A stretch of DNA of 64,000 nucleotides from a virus (taxonomy: Duplodnaviria > Caudoviricetes): IMG/VR virus record IMGVR_UViG_3300021502_000037, positions 1,047 to 65,046 of that record; one strand, written 5' to 3'. Under the pieces are notes generated by a model. That model made no database searches. It had not been told where the DNA came from and worked only from the letters and a program-made list of their open reading frames with translations. The translations under genes were made by a program, and so were the position numbers. Shown here piece by piece: positions 39,202 to 48,409 of this stretch. Within the stretch, counting starts at the first letter, position 1; every line of letters begins with the position of its first letter.

Positions 39202-40598
39202 TGGGTATATTGGAAAAAGAAAAATTTTGTAAACCTACAGAAGAAAGAGCATTACTATCATACCTTTTTATAGATATAGATTATTTTTATTCTATGAAAA
39301 CGGTTATATCTGAGAGTTGTTTTTTATATCCAGAACACAAATTATTGTTTATTGCTGTGTCCGCCCTTGTTAATTCAGGTGTTAAATTATTAAGTATAGA
39401 TTTAGTTACTAACTATATATTAACAAATGGCATTATGGACTCTGTTGGAGGGTTAGAGTATGTTCAAACAATAAGTAGCATGAATTTACCAGAGGAAAAT
39501 TTTAATATCTATTTAGATTCAGTATCAGATACTGCAAATAAATTTAAACTTTATACCGTTTTAACTGATAGTGTTAAGGATGTATCCGATAATGCTAAAG
39601 TTGGGAATGACAGCCAGCATTTAATAGGAAAAGTAGAATCTAAAATAATGGATTTGTCAAATAAATCTAAATTTAAACAAGAGCCTATTAATTTAGGTGA
39701 AGGTTTGAGGGACTATATTGAAGACTTAAGATTGAACCCTGTTGAGCAAACCGGGTTATCGACTGGCTATCCTATTTTAGATAAACAAATTGATGGTTTA
39801 ATACCTGGAACATTGACTATATTTTGTGCTAGAAAGAAGATGGGTAAAAGTGCTTTATTAACAAATATAGCAATAAATTCAGCCTATATATTACAAGAAC
39901 CTGTTCTATACGTTGATACTGAGTTATCTTTTAAAGAATGGAGAACGAGGGCTTTAGCTATACTTAGCAGAGTTCCAGAACGTACTATAAAACATGGAAA
40001 GTATACGGAACAAGAATATAAAGACATTATGAAGTCTGTAGAAATAATAGAAAAAGGTAAACTATTTCATGAATACATGCCTGGATTTACTGTTGATAAA
40101 ATTGTAGCGTCCTTTAATAAATATAAAATAAAAGAAGATATAGGTATGGGAATTTTTGATTATTTAAAAGAACCACAATTATCTGATGAGTCGGCGGGTA
40201 GAAAAGAGTATCAAATTTTAGGAGATGTTACTACTAGGTTAAAAGATTTAGCTGGACAATTAGATATACCAATGCTTACAGCAGTACAATTAAACAGGAA
40301 ACACGACATTGCCGATAGTGACAGAATTGCACGGTATGGGGATATTATAATTTTTTGGGAGTATAGAACTGAAGAAGAGATTGAAAATGGTGGAGATAAA
40401 TCAGGCTCACATAAATTGATAATTAAAGATACACGACGCGGTGGTGGAACACCGGAAGAAGGTATATGTTATTGGTTTTTTAAAGAAACTTTAAATATAA
40501 AAGAAGTAGCACCTACTAATCAACCAATAATGACAGGTGAAAGTGTAATGAATGACAAAAGTGCCAATATAAAGGATTTCGATGACTTTCTCACATAA
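39201..40598 (+). CDS. dnaB: Replicative DNA helicase
   Basis: ERALL N-terminus, TGYPILD, ARKKMGKS Walker A, FDYL, LKDLA..LDIP..TAVQLNR. Confidence 0.93.
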   Translation: MGILEKEKFCKPTEERALLSYLFIDIDYFYSMKTVISESCFLYPEHKLLFIAVSALVNSGVKLLSIDLVTNYILTNGIMDSVGGLEYVQTISSMNLPEENFNIYLDSVSDTANKFKLYTVLTDSVKDVSDNAKVGNDSQHLIGKVESKIMDLSNKSKFKQEPINLGEGLRDYIEDLRLNPVEQTGLSTGYPILDKQIDGLIPGTLTIFCARKKMGKSALLTNIAINSAYILQEPVLYVDTELSFKEWRTRALAILSRVPERTIKHGKYTEQEYKDIMKSVEIIEKGKLFHEYMPGFTVDKIVASFNKYKIKEDIGMGIFDYLKEPQLSDESAGRKEYQILGDVTTRLKDLAGQLDIPMLTAVQLNRKHDIADSDRIARYGDIIIFWEYRTEEEIENGGDKSGSHKLIIKDTRRGGGTPEEGICYWFFKETLNIKEVAPTNQPIMTGESVMNDKSANIKDFDDFLT

Positions 40599-41592
40599 TG
40601 ATATAAGTTTTAGGGATAAAATGGAAACTTTAAAGTTGTCTATTGAACCAAAATATTTAATAGAGTCTTTAGGTTTTAAAATTGAAAAAGAAAGTAGTAA
40701 AGAATTAAGATGCGCTTGTATTATACATGGTGGTGATAATAAAACATCTTTTAGATTTAATATAGAAAAAAGAACTTGGATATGTTTTTCTCATCATTGC
40801 CATGAAACTCATGGGTACGATATGATTTCGTTAGTTCAAGCGGTTTTAAAAGTTAATTTTATGGAGGCAATAGAGTATTTACAGGGAATGACCTCGTGTG
40901 ATGTAAATTTGTATCAGTATAAACGTAATCAGGAGATAGGTAAATTTATAAATTCAAATAAACCAATACAGACACTTGTAAGTGAGAGTAACCTAAAATG
41001 TTATAATGGGTTAAGGTCGGGTTATTTTACCAAGGAAGGTTTTTCAAATGAGACATTAGACTACTTTGAGGTTGGTGGAGGGTATACAGATAGTAATGGA
41101 GTTATAAGGGATGTTATACCTATAAGAGATGATAAAGGTGGATTAATAGCATACAGTTTTAGAGACATACGAAATTTTATTATAGATGATAAGTATATAA
41201 ATACACCTAATTTTGAAAAAAATAAAGTATTATACAACCTCCATAATGTTATAAACAGGAGAATAAACAAACCAGTTATTGTTGTAGAAGGATATAAAAG
41301 TGTATGGAAATTGTATGAGTATGGTATTTATAATGTAGTTGCTTCTATGGGGTCAGTGGTTACAGATGGACAAGTTAATTTGTTATGTAAATATGCTTTA
41401 AATGGAGCTATTATAGCGTTTGATAATGATTTACCTGGAGTAGTAGGGACATTATACAGTTATAAATTATTACGTAATAAGATAGATGTGGTACCATTGT
41501 TTTTATCAAGTGTAAGTTTAAATATTGGAGATAGTCCTGCTGAATTTAGTAAAGAGATTGCTTATAGATATTTAGAAATTGAAAATTGTTAA
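40582..41592 (+). CDS. dnaG: DNA primase (CHC2 Zn finger + TOPRIM)
   Basis: C..H...W.CF..C zinc finger, IPIRD, KYINTP, LYNL, VVEG, FDNDLPG. Confidence 0.88.
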   Translation: MTFSHNDISFRDKMETLKLSIEPKYLIESLGFKIEKESSKELRCACIIHGGDNKTSFRFNIEKRTWICFSHHCHETHGYDMISLVQAVLKVNFMEAIEYLQGMTSCDVNLYQYKRNQEIGKFINSNKPIQTLVSESNLKCYNGLRSGYFTKEGFSNETLDYFEVGGGYTDSNGVIRDVIPIRDDKGGLIAYSFRDIRNFIIDDKYINTPNFEKNKVLYNLHNVINRRINKPVIVVEGYKSVWKLYEYGIYNVVASMGSVVTDGQVNLLCKYALNGAIIAFDNDLPGVVGTLYSYKLLRNKIDVVPLFLSSVSLNIGDSPAEFSKEIAYRYLEIENC

Positions 41593-41622
41593 TAATTGTT
41601 GACTAGAAAGGATGTAGTACAT

Positions 41623-41934
41623 ATGACTAAAGCAAATAAAAATGAAAAAATTGTTGGAACACCGTCTTTGGCACTATTACCAAAGCGTAATTATAAATAT
41701 AATGTAAAAAGTAAAAAGGTTACTATTTTAGTACCCATAGATAATAAGGAGGTTAGCGGAGTAGATATTTTTGATGTTGAGAATAATGTTTTTTATATTA
41801 GTAATATTTCAGATATATTAATTAAACTTGATTTATATCCAAAATTAAAATCAAATCAATTATTTACACCTACAGTAGTTCTATTTAAAAAGAAGGCCAT
41901 TGAAATTATAGGAAGTATTATAACTATGTTATAG
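41623..41934 (+). CDS. Hypothetical protein
   Basis: ORF within the operon; ATG follows AAGGA. Confidence 0.5.
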   Translation: MTKANKNEKIVGTPSLALLPKRNYKYNVKSKKVTILVPIDNKEVSGVDIFDVENNVFYISNISDILIKLDLYPKLKSNQLFTPTVVLFKKKAIEIIGSIITML

Positions 41935-41945
41935 GGGAATAAATT

Positions 41946-42302
41946 ATGAGTATCAAATGTCCAAAATGTAATACAGACAGTCCAGTTCATTTTTTTCAAG
42001 AAAATTTAATTTGTGATCATTGTGGGGATGAAGTAGACATAGATTATTATATGTGTCCAAAATGTGGTTCCACTTTTAAAATGTCTGGTGGGGAAGTTTA
42101 TTCTTGTGTTCAGTTTTCTAAAGACGAATTTAAAAATTTATTTGGGGCAACAACAGAAGAAGTTTTAAAACAATATACCACAGATATGATGTCTGATAAT
42201 ATACATTCTTGTATAAAATGTGGCGGGTTAGCTTTTGAGGTTAGTGAGGGTTTATATAAATGTAATAGTTGCGGGTTTGAGATAGAAATAGAGGAAACAT
42301 AA
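41946..42302 (+). CDS. Multi-Zn-ribbon protein
   Basis: Five CxxC pairs. Confidence 0.65.
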   Translation: MSIKCPKCNTDSPVHFFQENLICDHCGDEVDIDYYMCPKCGSTFKMSGGEVYSCVQFSKDEFKNLFGATTEEVLKQYTTDMMSDNIHSCIKCGGLAFEVSEGLYKCNSCGFEIEIEET

Positions 42303-43084
42303 TGATTGATTATTATTCTGTATTAGGTGTAAGTAAAGGAGCTTCTGATGAGGAAATTAAAAAGTCTTATAGAAAATTAGCTATGGAACATCACCCTGAT
42401 CATACTAATGGAAATAAAGAATCAGAAGAAAAATTTAAAAAAATAAGTGAGGCTTACAATATTTTATCTAATAAAGAAAAAAGACAGGAATATGACAACC
42501 CACAACATGATTTTTTAAATGATTTGTTTAATAGGTCTATGGGTGGGTTTGGGTCCAATCCATTTCGACAACGTAGAAACAGTGTTGATAGAGATACTTT
42601 ACCTAAAAGAGGTGCTGATGTACAAGAAGAAATACATATTAATATGTCATATTTTATTCTCGGCGGGCAAATAGAAAAAGATATTAATTATATTGATTTG
42701 TGCGATGAGTGCAATGCTAATGGAGGAAAAAATAAATCAACATGTAATGAGTGTGGTGGTATAGGAATGAAAACCGTAAGAATTCAACAAGGCAATCATA
42801 CAGTATCAACAGCTGCACAATGTACAGTTTGTAATGGAAGTGGAATAACTTATAAAAATGTATGTGAAAAATGTAATGGTCAAGGTAAAACATCTAGTAC
42901 AAAAAAAATAACGATAAATATACCTATTGGATTAAAAGATGGTATGGGTATACGGTTGTCAGGAGCAGGTGGTAAAGGGACCGGAGGGGCCCCTAATGGG
43001 GATGTATTAGTAAAAGTTAATATGATATACCCAACCGTATCAACGTTGACTGAAGAACAAATTACTCTGCTTAAAGGTATATAG
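42302..43084 (+). CDS. dnaJ: DnaJ chaperone (short)
   Basis: DYYSVLGV...HPD J-domain, four CxxCxGxG-type repeats, partial C-terminal domain. Confidence 0.93.
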   Translation: MIDYYSVLGVSKGASDEEIKKSYRKLAMEHHPDHTNGNKESEEKFKKISEAYNILSNKEKRQEYDNPQHDFLNDLFNRSMGGFGSNPFRQRRNSVDRDTLPKRGADVQEEIHINMSYFILGGQIEKDINYIDLCDECNANGGKNKSTCNECGGIGMKTVRIQQGNHTVSTAAQCTVCNGSGITYKNVCEKCNGQGKTSSTKKITINIPIGLKDGMGIRLSGAGGKGTGGAPNGDVLVKVNMIYPTVSTLTEEQITLLKGI

Positions 43085-43086
43085 TA

Positions 43087-43659
43087 ATGAATATAAGAGT
43101 TTTAAGTTTAGATATCTCATCGGTATCCACCGGTTGGTCAATATATGATGGTAAAAATTTTACTGGTGGAACAATACTTTTAGATAAAAAAATAGATAAA
43201 GTAGTTAAACTGCAGAAATTTAGAAAAGCATTAACAGATATATTAGTAAAAGAAAAACCAACACATATAGTTATTGAAGCAGTGTTTATGGGTATTAATG
43301 TTAAAACTATAAAAATTTTATCTGAATTCTCTGGAGTAGCTCAAGAATGTTGTTTTTCTACCACAAATGTTACTGCCTATGTAGTTGAGAATACTACTGT
43401 AAAATCATTTTTTAAAACTAGAAAGAAAGAAGAGCTATACTATTTTGTTTTAAGCATATTTGATTTAGAAGAAAAAGATGATATGCCATTTAAAACAAAT
43501 AATGATATAATTGATTCTATAGCGCAGAATATATATTATTGTGATATAGTTTTAAATTATATTGAATTTAGAATTGAAACTGAATACGGATATAAATATA
43601 GTGTTAATAAAAGTAAATTTGTAAAAATAATAGGAGATACAGATGGCAAAAGAAATTAA
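43087..43659 (+). CDS. ruvC: RuvC-like Holliday junction resolvase
   Basis: VLSLDISS..TGW, IVIE, ND..DSI motifs. Confidence 0.8.
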   Translation: MNIRVLSLDISSVSTGWSIYDGKNFTGGTILLDKKIDKVVKLQKFRKALTDILVKEKPTHIVIEAVFMGINVKTIKILSEFSGVAQECCFSTTNVTAYVVENTTVKSFFKTRKKEELYYFVLSIFDLEEKDDMPFKTNNDIIDSIAQNIYYCDIVLNYIEFRIETEYGYKYSVNKSKFVKIIGDTDGKRN

Positions 43660-44803
43660 ACTTAGTGCTTCTAGAATAAGTACATTTCTATCGTGTAAAT
43701 TGAAATATTGGTTTCAATATATAGAAAAGATTATCAAGTTAGATAAGGAGGTATTTATTTTTGGTAATGTAGTCCATAACACTTTAGAGTTTGCTGGCGG
43801 ATTATTTATTAAAAATAAAAATAAATTTTTAAAGAAAGACTATAAAAAGATTTATGATTTTTACAATACTGTTAGTATTGAATTAGGTCTTGAGGACCCT
43901 GAACTTTGTAAAGAGGGGAAAGGGCTTGTAGAAAAACGATTAGCAGATTTTATGGATGGTCGAGCTGTTATAGGGTTAGAAACTAAGTTTGGATTTAAAA
44001 AGGAAGATGAATTAATATTGGATAATGGTGTAAGTTTAATAGGTGCAATAGATAAGGTTGAAGAGTTGAATGCTACTACCGTATTAATTGTTGATTATAA
44101 AACTTCTAAAACTGCTCCAACACAAGAACAATTAAATGTCGATGTTCAGTTATCTATTTATGATTTGGTTGCAAAAAAGCTGTGGCCGGGCTATGAAAAT
44201 GTACTATTATCTTTAGATCTATTAAAACATGATAAAATATATACTTATAGAACAGATGAACAACGTGAAAGTTTTATGGACTACTTAAAAGAAATTCATA
44301 CACAAATGAGTAAGTTAACTGAAGAAACAGCTAAACCAAAGTTAAACATATTTTGTGCATGGTGTGATTTTAAAGATATTTGTCCAGCATATAAAAAAGT
44401 TATTGAAGCAGAAGAAGAAGTAATACCAGCATATATGAATATGAATGATAAAGAATTAGTGGATCTATGGACTAATTTAAAATCTAAAAGTCAAATTCTT
44501 TCTAGAAAGGAGAAAGATATAGCAGAAATTTTAAAAGCTAGATTAAAAAATAATGTAAGGAATGAATTAAATAGTGATGACGTGGTTGTTTATACTAGAC
44601 AAAATAGAATGTCTTATTATGATGTTAATAATGTGGCTAAATATATACCTAAACATGACTTTAAAAAAGTTGTGAAGGTTAATAATGCTATGTTAACTGC
44701 GTATTTAAATAAGAATGCTGCGCTTAAAGAAGTTATTGATGGGACTGTACAGAATAGTTATACTAAACCATTTTTATCTACTAGAAAGTTGAAGGGTAAA
44801 TAA
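43643..44803 (+). CDS. PD-(D/E)xK RecB/Cas4-like exonuclease
   Basis: LSASRI..F..C, G..VH..LE, GAIDKV, IVDYKTS, QLSIY, CAWCDF..C. Confidence 0.85.
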   Translation: MAKEIKLSASRISTFLSCKLKYWFQYIEKIIKLDKEVFIFGNVVHNTLEFAGGLFIKNKNKFLKKDYKKIYDFYNTVSIELGLEDPELCKEGKGLVEKRLADFMDGRAVIGLETKFGFKKEDELILDNGVSLIGAIDKVEELNATTVLIVDYKTSKTAPTQEQLNVDVQLSIYDLVAKKLWPGYENVLLSLDLLKHDKIYTYRTDEQRESFMDYLKEIHTQMSKLTEETAKPKLNIFCAWCDFKDICPAYKKVIEAEEEVIPAYMNMNDKELVDLWTNLKSKSQILSRKEKDIAEILKARLKNNVRNELNSDDVVVYTRQNRMSYYDVNNVAKYIPKHDFKKVVKVNNAMLTAYLNKNAALKEVIDGTVQNSYTKPFLSTRKLKGK

Positions 44804-44805
44804 TT

Positions 44806-45660
44806 TTGGGTAAAAAATGGACTATAGAGATTGTTAGAGAGGGATTTGAAGCTGATGGGTATGAATTGTTGACTATTGAGTATATTAATAATCATCAAAA
44901 ATTGGATTATATTTGCCCGAAGCAACGTAAAGGGCAGGTTACTTGGCATCATTGGCTGATGGGTAGTAGGTGTCCTTGTTGTTCTGGGATTCTTAAAAAA
45001 ACTATAGATTTTATCCGCTCCGAATTTGAAAAAGAAGGCTACAAACTTTTGACTAAAAAATATATAAATAATTCACAAAAATTGGATTATATTTGTCCAA
45101 AAGGACATAGATATTATATAACATGGGGAAATTGGCAGCAGGGCAGACGTTGTCCTTGTTTTGCTGGTAGACCGCCAATTAATATAGATTCAGTTAAATT
45201 TGAATTTAATAAAAGAGGGTATGAATTATTGTCAAAAAAATATATTAATGCCCGTTCAAATTTAAAATTTAAATGTAAACGGGGACACATTGGTAAAATG
45301 TCTTGGGACAATTTTAGTCATGGATCAATTTGTTTAAAATGTGCAATAGAAAATAATACTGGTCCAGGCCACCCAAGTTGGAAAGGTGGTATTTCAAAAG
45401 AACCTTATTGTAAAGATTGGGATAAAGATTTGAAAGAATTTGTAAAAGAACGTGATGGTTACAAATGTATGAACCCCGACTGTTGGGAAAAAGACAATGT
45501 GTTGCATGTTCATCATATTAATTATAATAAAAAGTCTTGCGGGGCTGAAAATCTTACTACAGTTTGCAGGTCATGCAATGGAAGAGCAAATAAAGATAGA
45601 GAATGGCACGAGGCGTGGTATAAAGCAATTTTACATAAAAGATACAATTACATTTATTAA
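44806..45660 (+). CDS. HNH homing endonuclease with Zn-ribbon repeats
   Basis: Three F.kEGY.LL..Y.N...L.Y.C..GH repeats and the same HNH tail as the 4262 ORF. Confidence 0.85.
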   Translation: MGKKWTIEIVREGFEADGYELLTIEYINNHQKLDYICPKQRKGQVTWHHWLMGSRCPCCSGILKKTIDFIRSEFEKEGYKLLTKKYINNSQKLDYICPKGHRYYITWGNWQQGRRCPCFAGRPPINIDSVKFEFNKRGYELLSKKYINARSNLKFKCKRGHIGKMSWDNFSHGSICLKCAIENNTGPGHPSWKGGISKEPYCKDWDKDLKEFVKERDGYKCMNPDCWEKDNVLHVHHINYNKKSCGAENLTTVCRSCNGRANKDREWHEAWYKAILHKRYNYIY

Positions 45661-45681
45661 TTTATAAATTAAGGAGAAGGA

Positions 45682-48138
45682 ATGAAAAAAATTAAAAGAA
45701 GTAAAAAACAAAACAAAATTAAAGTTGTAGCGTATTGTGATAGCCCCTCAGTTGCAACAGGGTTTGGAACAGTATCTAGAAATATTTTATCTGGTCTTTA
45801 CGATACAGGTAGGTATGATATTGATGTGCTTGGTATTAATTATTGGGGAGATCCTCATGAATTTCCGTTTAGAATTTTCCCAACAGGAGTTAATTCACAA
45901 CGTGACCCCTATGGGAGAGAAAAAATTTGTGGAATGATACCACAAATGCAGTATGATATTTTATTTTTCCTACAGGATACATTTATTCTCTCATTTTTGC
46001 CAGAATTAATTAAAAAACTCGAATATGAAAAAAAGAATGATTTTAGATCTATTTGTTATTTCCCCGTAGACGGTCGACCAAAAAATCAATGGATCCATAA
46101 TATAAATGCTGTCCATTATCCTGTAGCATATACGCAGTTTGGGCATGATCAAGCTAAAGAAGTTTGTCCTGAATATAAAGGATCTGATATTATAGTTCAT
46201 GGTGTAAATACAAAAGAATATTTTGTTTTACCAGAAAAAGATAGTCTTGCTTTTAGGTCTCAATATTTTGGTAGGCACTCAGAAAAATTTATTATAACCA
46301 ATTTAAATAGAAATCAACAAAGAAAAGATATACCTAGAACAATTCAAGCTTTTGCTGAATTTAGAAAAGAAGTTAAAGATAGTATTTTATATTTACACAT
46401 GGCAAGAAACGATCAAGGATGGGATTTAGTTGAAGTATGTAAAGCATATGGATTAGATATTAGTAATGATGTAATTTTTCCTGAGAATTTCGGTCCAAAT
46501 CAAGGTTATCCGAGAGAGGTTGTGAACATGATTTATAATGCAAGTGATTGTGTTGTCAGCACTACCTTGGGCGAGGGTTTTGGATTTTGTGTACATCCTA
46601 AAACCAATGTGTATACAGAAGAAGGTGTAAAATATATTGAAAATTTAACAATTACTGATAATGTTTTGTCCTCTGATGGTAGTTATAATAGTGTTGAGGC
46701 TATTATGTCTAAAAATCATGATGGAAATTTGTATGAAATAACTACTTGGATGTCAAATATACCAATAAAAGCATCTCCAGAACATGGTTTCTTGGTTAAG
46801 GGATCTAAAACAGAGTATAATTGGAAGAAGGCTTCCGAGTTAAATATAAAGGACATACTAGTTTTTCCTAAAGGCAGTGTTTGTAGTTCTAATGTTATAG
46901 ATATACTTGAGTTAATAAAACCAAATTTGTCTGTTGCTCAGTTGAATAATCTTATAGAGACTAAAAATCATTTTAAAATCCAGTCAAATTTTACAAAAGA
47001 AAGTAAATTTATACCGAAAAAGTTAAAAATAACTGAAGATTTAATGTATTTATTTGGGTTATATTTGGCTGAAGGACATGTTGGTGCTTCTAAAATGGAT
47101 AGTATAGGATTTAGTTTTCATAAAAAAGAGGTAAATTTACTTACATTTGTGGAAAATTTCATGGCAGATACTTTTGGGTTATCTTGTACATATTTAGATC
47201 ATACAAGTAGAGGGAGTGATTATAAAGGACAAACCATAGTATTTTACTCTAGTGTTTTAGCTCAACTATTTAAAACTTTATTTGGTTTGGGAGCTAGGAA
47301 TAAATATATACATAACATATTATTAACACAGCCAAATATAATGTTACAGAAATTATTATATGGTGAATTTTTAGGTGATGGTAGTTATGGTGAGTCTACT
47401 TATGAATTTTCTATATCGACTACTTCTAAACATATAGCTTATGCGTTAAGATTAATAATGGCAAAAATGGGTATTATTTCTTCAGTGAGAACAAGTAGGG
47501 TTGAATATAAAGTAAATGTTAGTGGTTCATCTAAAAGAAAGCTTCTTGATTTATTTAATATTTATTATGATACAAATAGACCTTGGGAAAAAGGTGTTGA
47601 TAGGGCTACTCAGAATGATGATTATTTATTATTACCTATTAAAGATATAACCATAACTAAGTATGCTGGGAAATTAGTAGATATACAGGTTGCAAATACT
47701 AATAATTTTGTGGCAGAAAATGTGGTGGTACATAATTCGTGGATCGAAGCAATGGCAACAAAAACTCCAGTAGTTATACCAGACAATACTGCAATGACAG
47801 AATTTGTTAATGATACTAATGGTTATTTAGTTAAAAGCGGAACAAATTCAAGTTTATTCACAGTAATTCCCAATGATAATGAAATTATACGACCGCTGGT
47901 AGATGTAGAAGATTTGGTAGATAAACTAAAACAAATTTATTATGATAGAGATGAAGCAAAATGCCGTGCTGAAACAGCTTATAAATGGGTAACGGAAGAG
48001 ATGGATTGGAAAAAAAATATTGTTCCACAATGGATAAAAGTATTTGATAAAGTTTATGCTGATTTGAAAAGCGGTAAACCAAGTAATCTTTTAGTTGATG
48101 GTAAGGCTGATAATATAATTAATGCGGAATCGTTTTAA
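45682..48138 (+). CDS. GT4-family glycosyltransferase containing an intein
   Basis: TGFG, HGVNT, NRNQQRKD and an E-X7-E motif (EGFGF|SWIE) split by the intein. Confidence 0.88.
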   Translation: MKKIKRSKKQNKIKVVAYCDSPSVATGFGTVSRNILSGLYDTGRYDIDVLGINYWGDPHEFPFRIFPTGVNSQRDPYGREKICGMIPQMQYDILFFLQDTFILSFLPELIKKLEYEKKNDFRSICYFPVDGRPKNQWIHNINAVHYPVAYTQFGHDQAKEVCPEYKGSDIIVHGVNTKEYFVLPEKDSLAFRSQYFGRHSEKFIITNLNRNQQRKDIPRTIQAFAEFRKEVKDSILYLHMARNDQGWDLVEVCKAYGLDISNDVIFPENFGPNQGYPREVVNMIYNASDCVVSTTLGEGFGFCVHPKTNVYTEEGVKYIENLTITDNVLSSDGSYNSVEAIMSKNHDGNLYEITTWMSNIPIKASPEHGFLVKGSKTEYNWKKASELNIKDILVFPKGSVCSSNVIDILELIKPNLSVAQLNNLIETKNHFKIQSNFTKESKFIPKKLKITEDLMYLFGLYLAEGHVGASKMDSIGFSFHKKEVNLLTFVENFMADTFGLSCTYLDHTSRGSDYKGQTIVFYSSVLAQLFKTLFGLGARNKYIHNILLTQPNIMLQKLLYGEFLGDGSYGESTYEFSISTTSKHIAYALRLIMAKMGIISSVRTSRVEYKVNVSGSSKRKLLDLFNIYYDTNRPWEKGVDRATQNDDYLLLPIKDITITKYAGKLVDIQVANTNNFVAENVVVHNSWIEAMATKTPVVIPDNTAMTEFVNDTNGYLVKSGTNSSLFTVIPNDNEIIRPLVDVEDLVDKLKQIYYDRDEAKCRAETAYKWVTEEMDWKKNIVPQWIKVFDKVYADLKSGKPSNLLVDGKADNIINAESF
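46588..47736 (+). mobile_element. Intein with LAGLIDADG endonuclease (383 aa)
   Basis: Starts CVHP, ends VVHN|S. LAGLIDADG-like blocks LFGLYLAEG and GEFLGDG. Confidence 0.92.
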
Positions 48139-48148
48139 GGAATTTTAT

Positions 48149-48409
48149 ATTTAAATAATAAGAAAACCACTAAGTCTTTAGCTTAGTGGTTGAATTATTA
48201 CAAATTAAAACTTGACAAAAGCTTTTACACGTATTATATTATAATTAACATTAATCCTGCTATAAATGAAAACCAAGTTTATAGTAGGATTAATACATTT
48301 TTAAACATATTAACCGCAGGGACTGCGGGGTTAGCCTACCAAATTTAGATGGTAACAAACATCTAATTACTTAGGAAACCCGTAAATCTTTAGCTTAGGG
48401 GTAGTTCAT
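48149..48409 (+). mobile_element. Non-autonomous IS200/IS605-type element (261 bp; left end, promoter, omegaRNA-like 3' part, right end)
   Basis: Target TTAT at 48145-48148. Left end AAAA + CCACTAAG-TCTTTAG-CTTAGTGG hairpin. tnpB-end-like ACCGCAGGGACTGCGGGGTTAGCC. Right end GAAA + hairpin + TAGTTCAT. Confidence 0.8.
48212..48240 (+). promoter_or_regulatory. sigma70-like promoter inside the non-autonomous element
   Basis: TTGACA-N17-TATATT. Confidence 0.7.
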
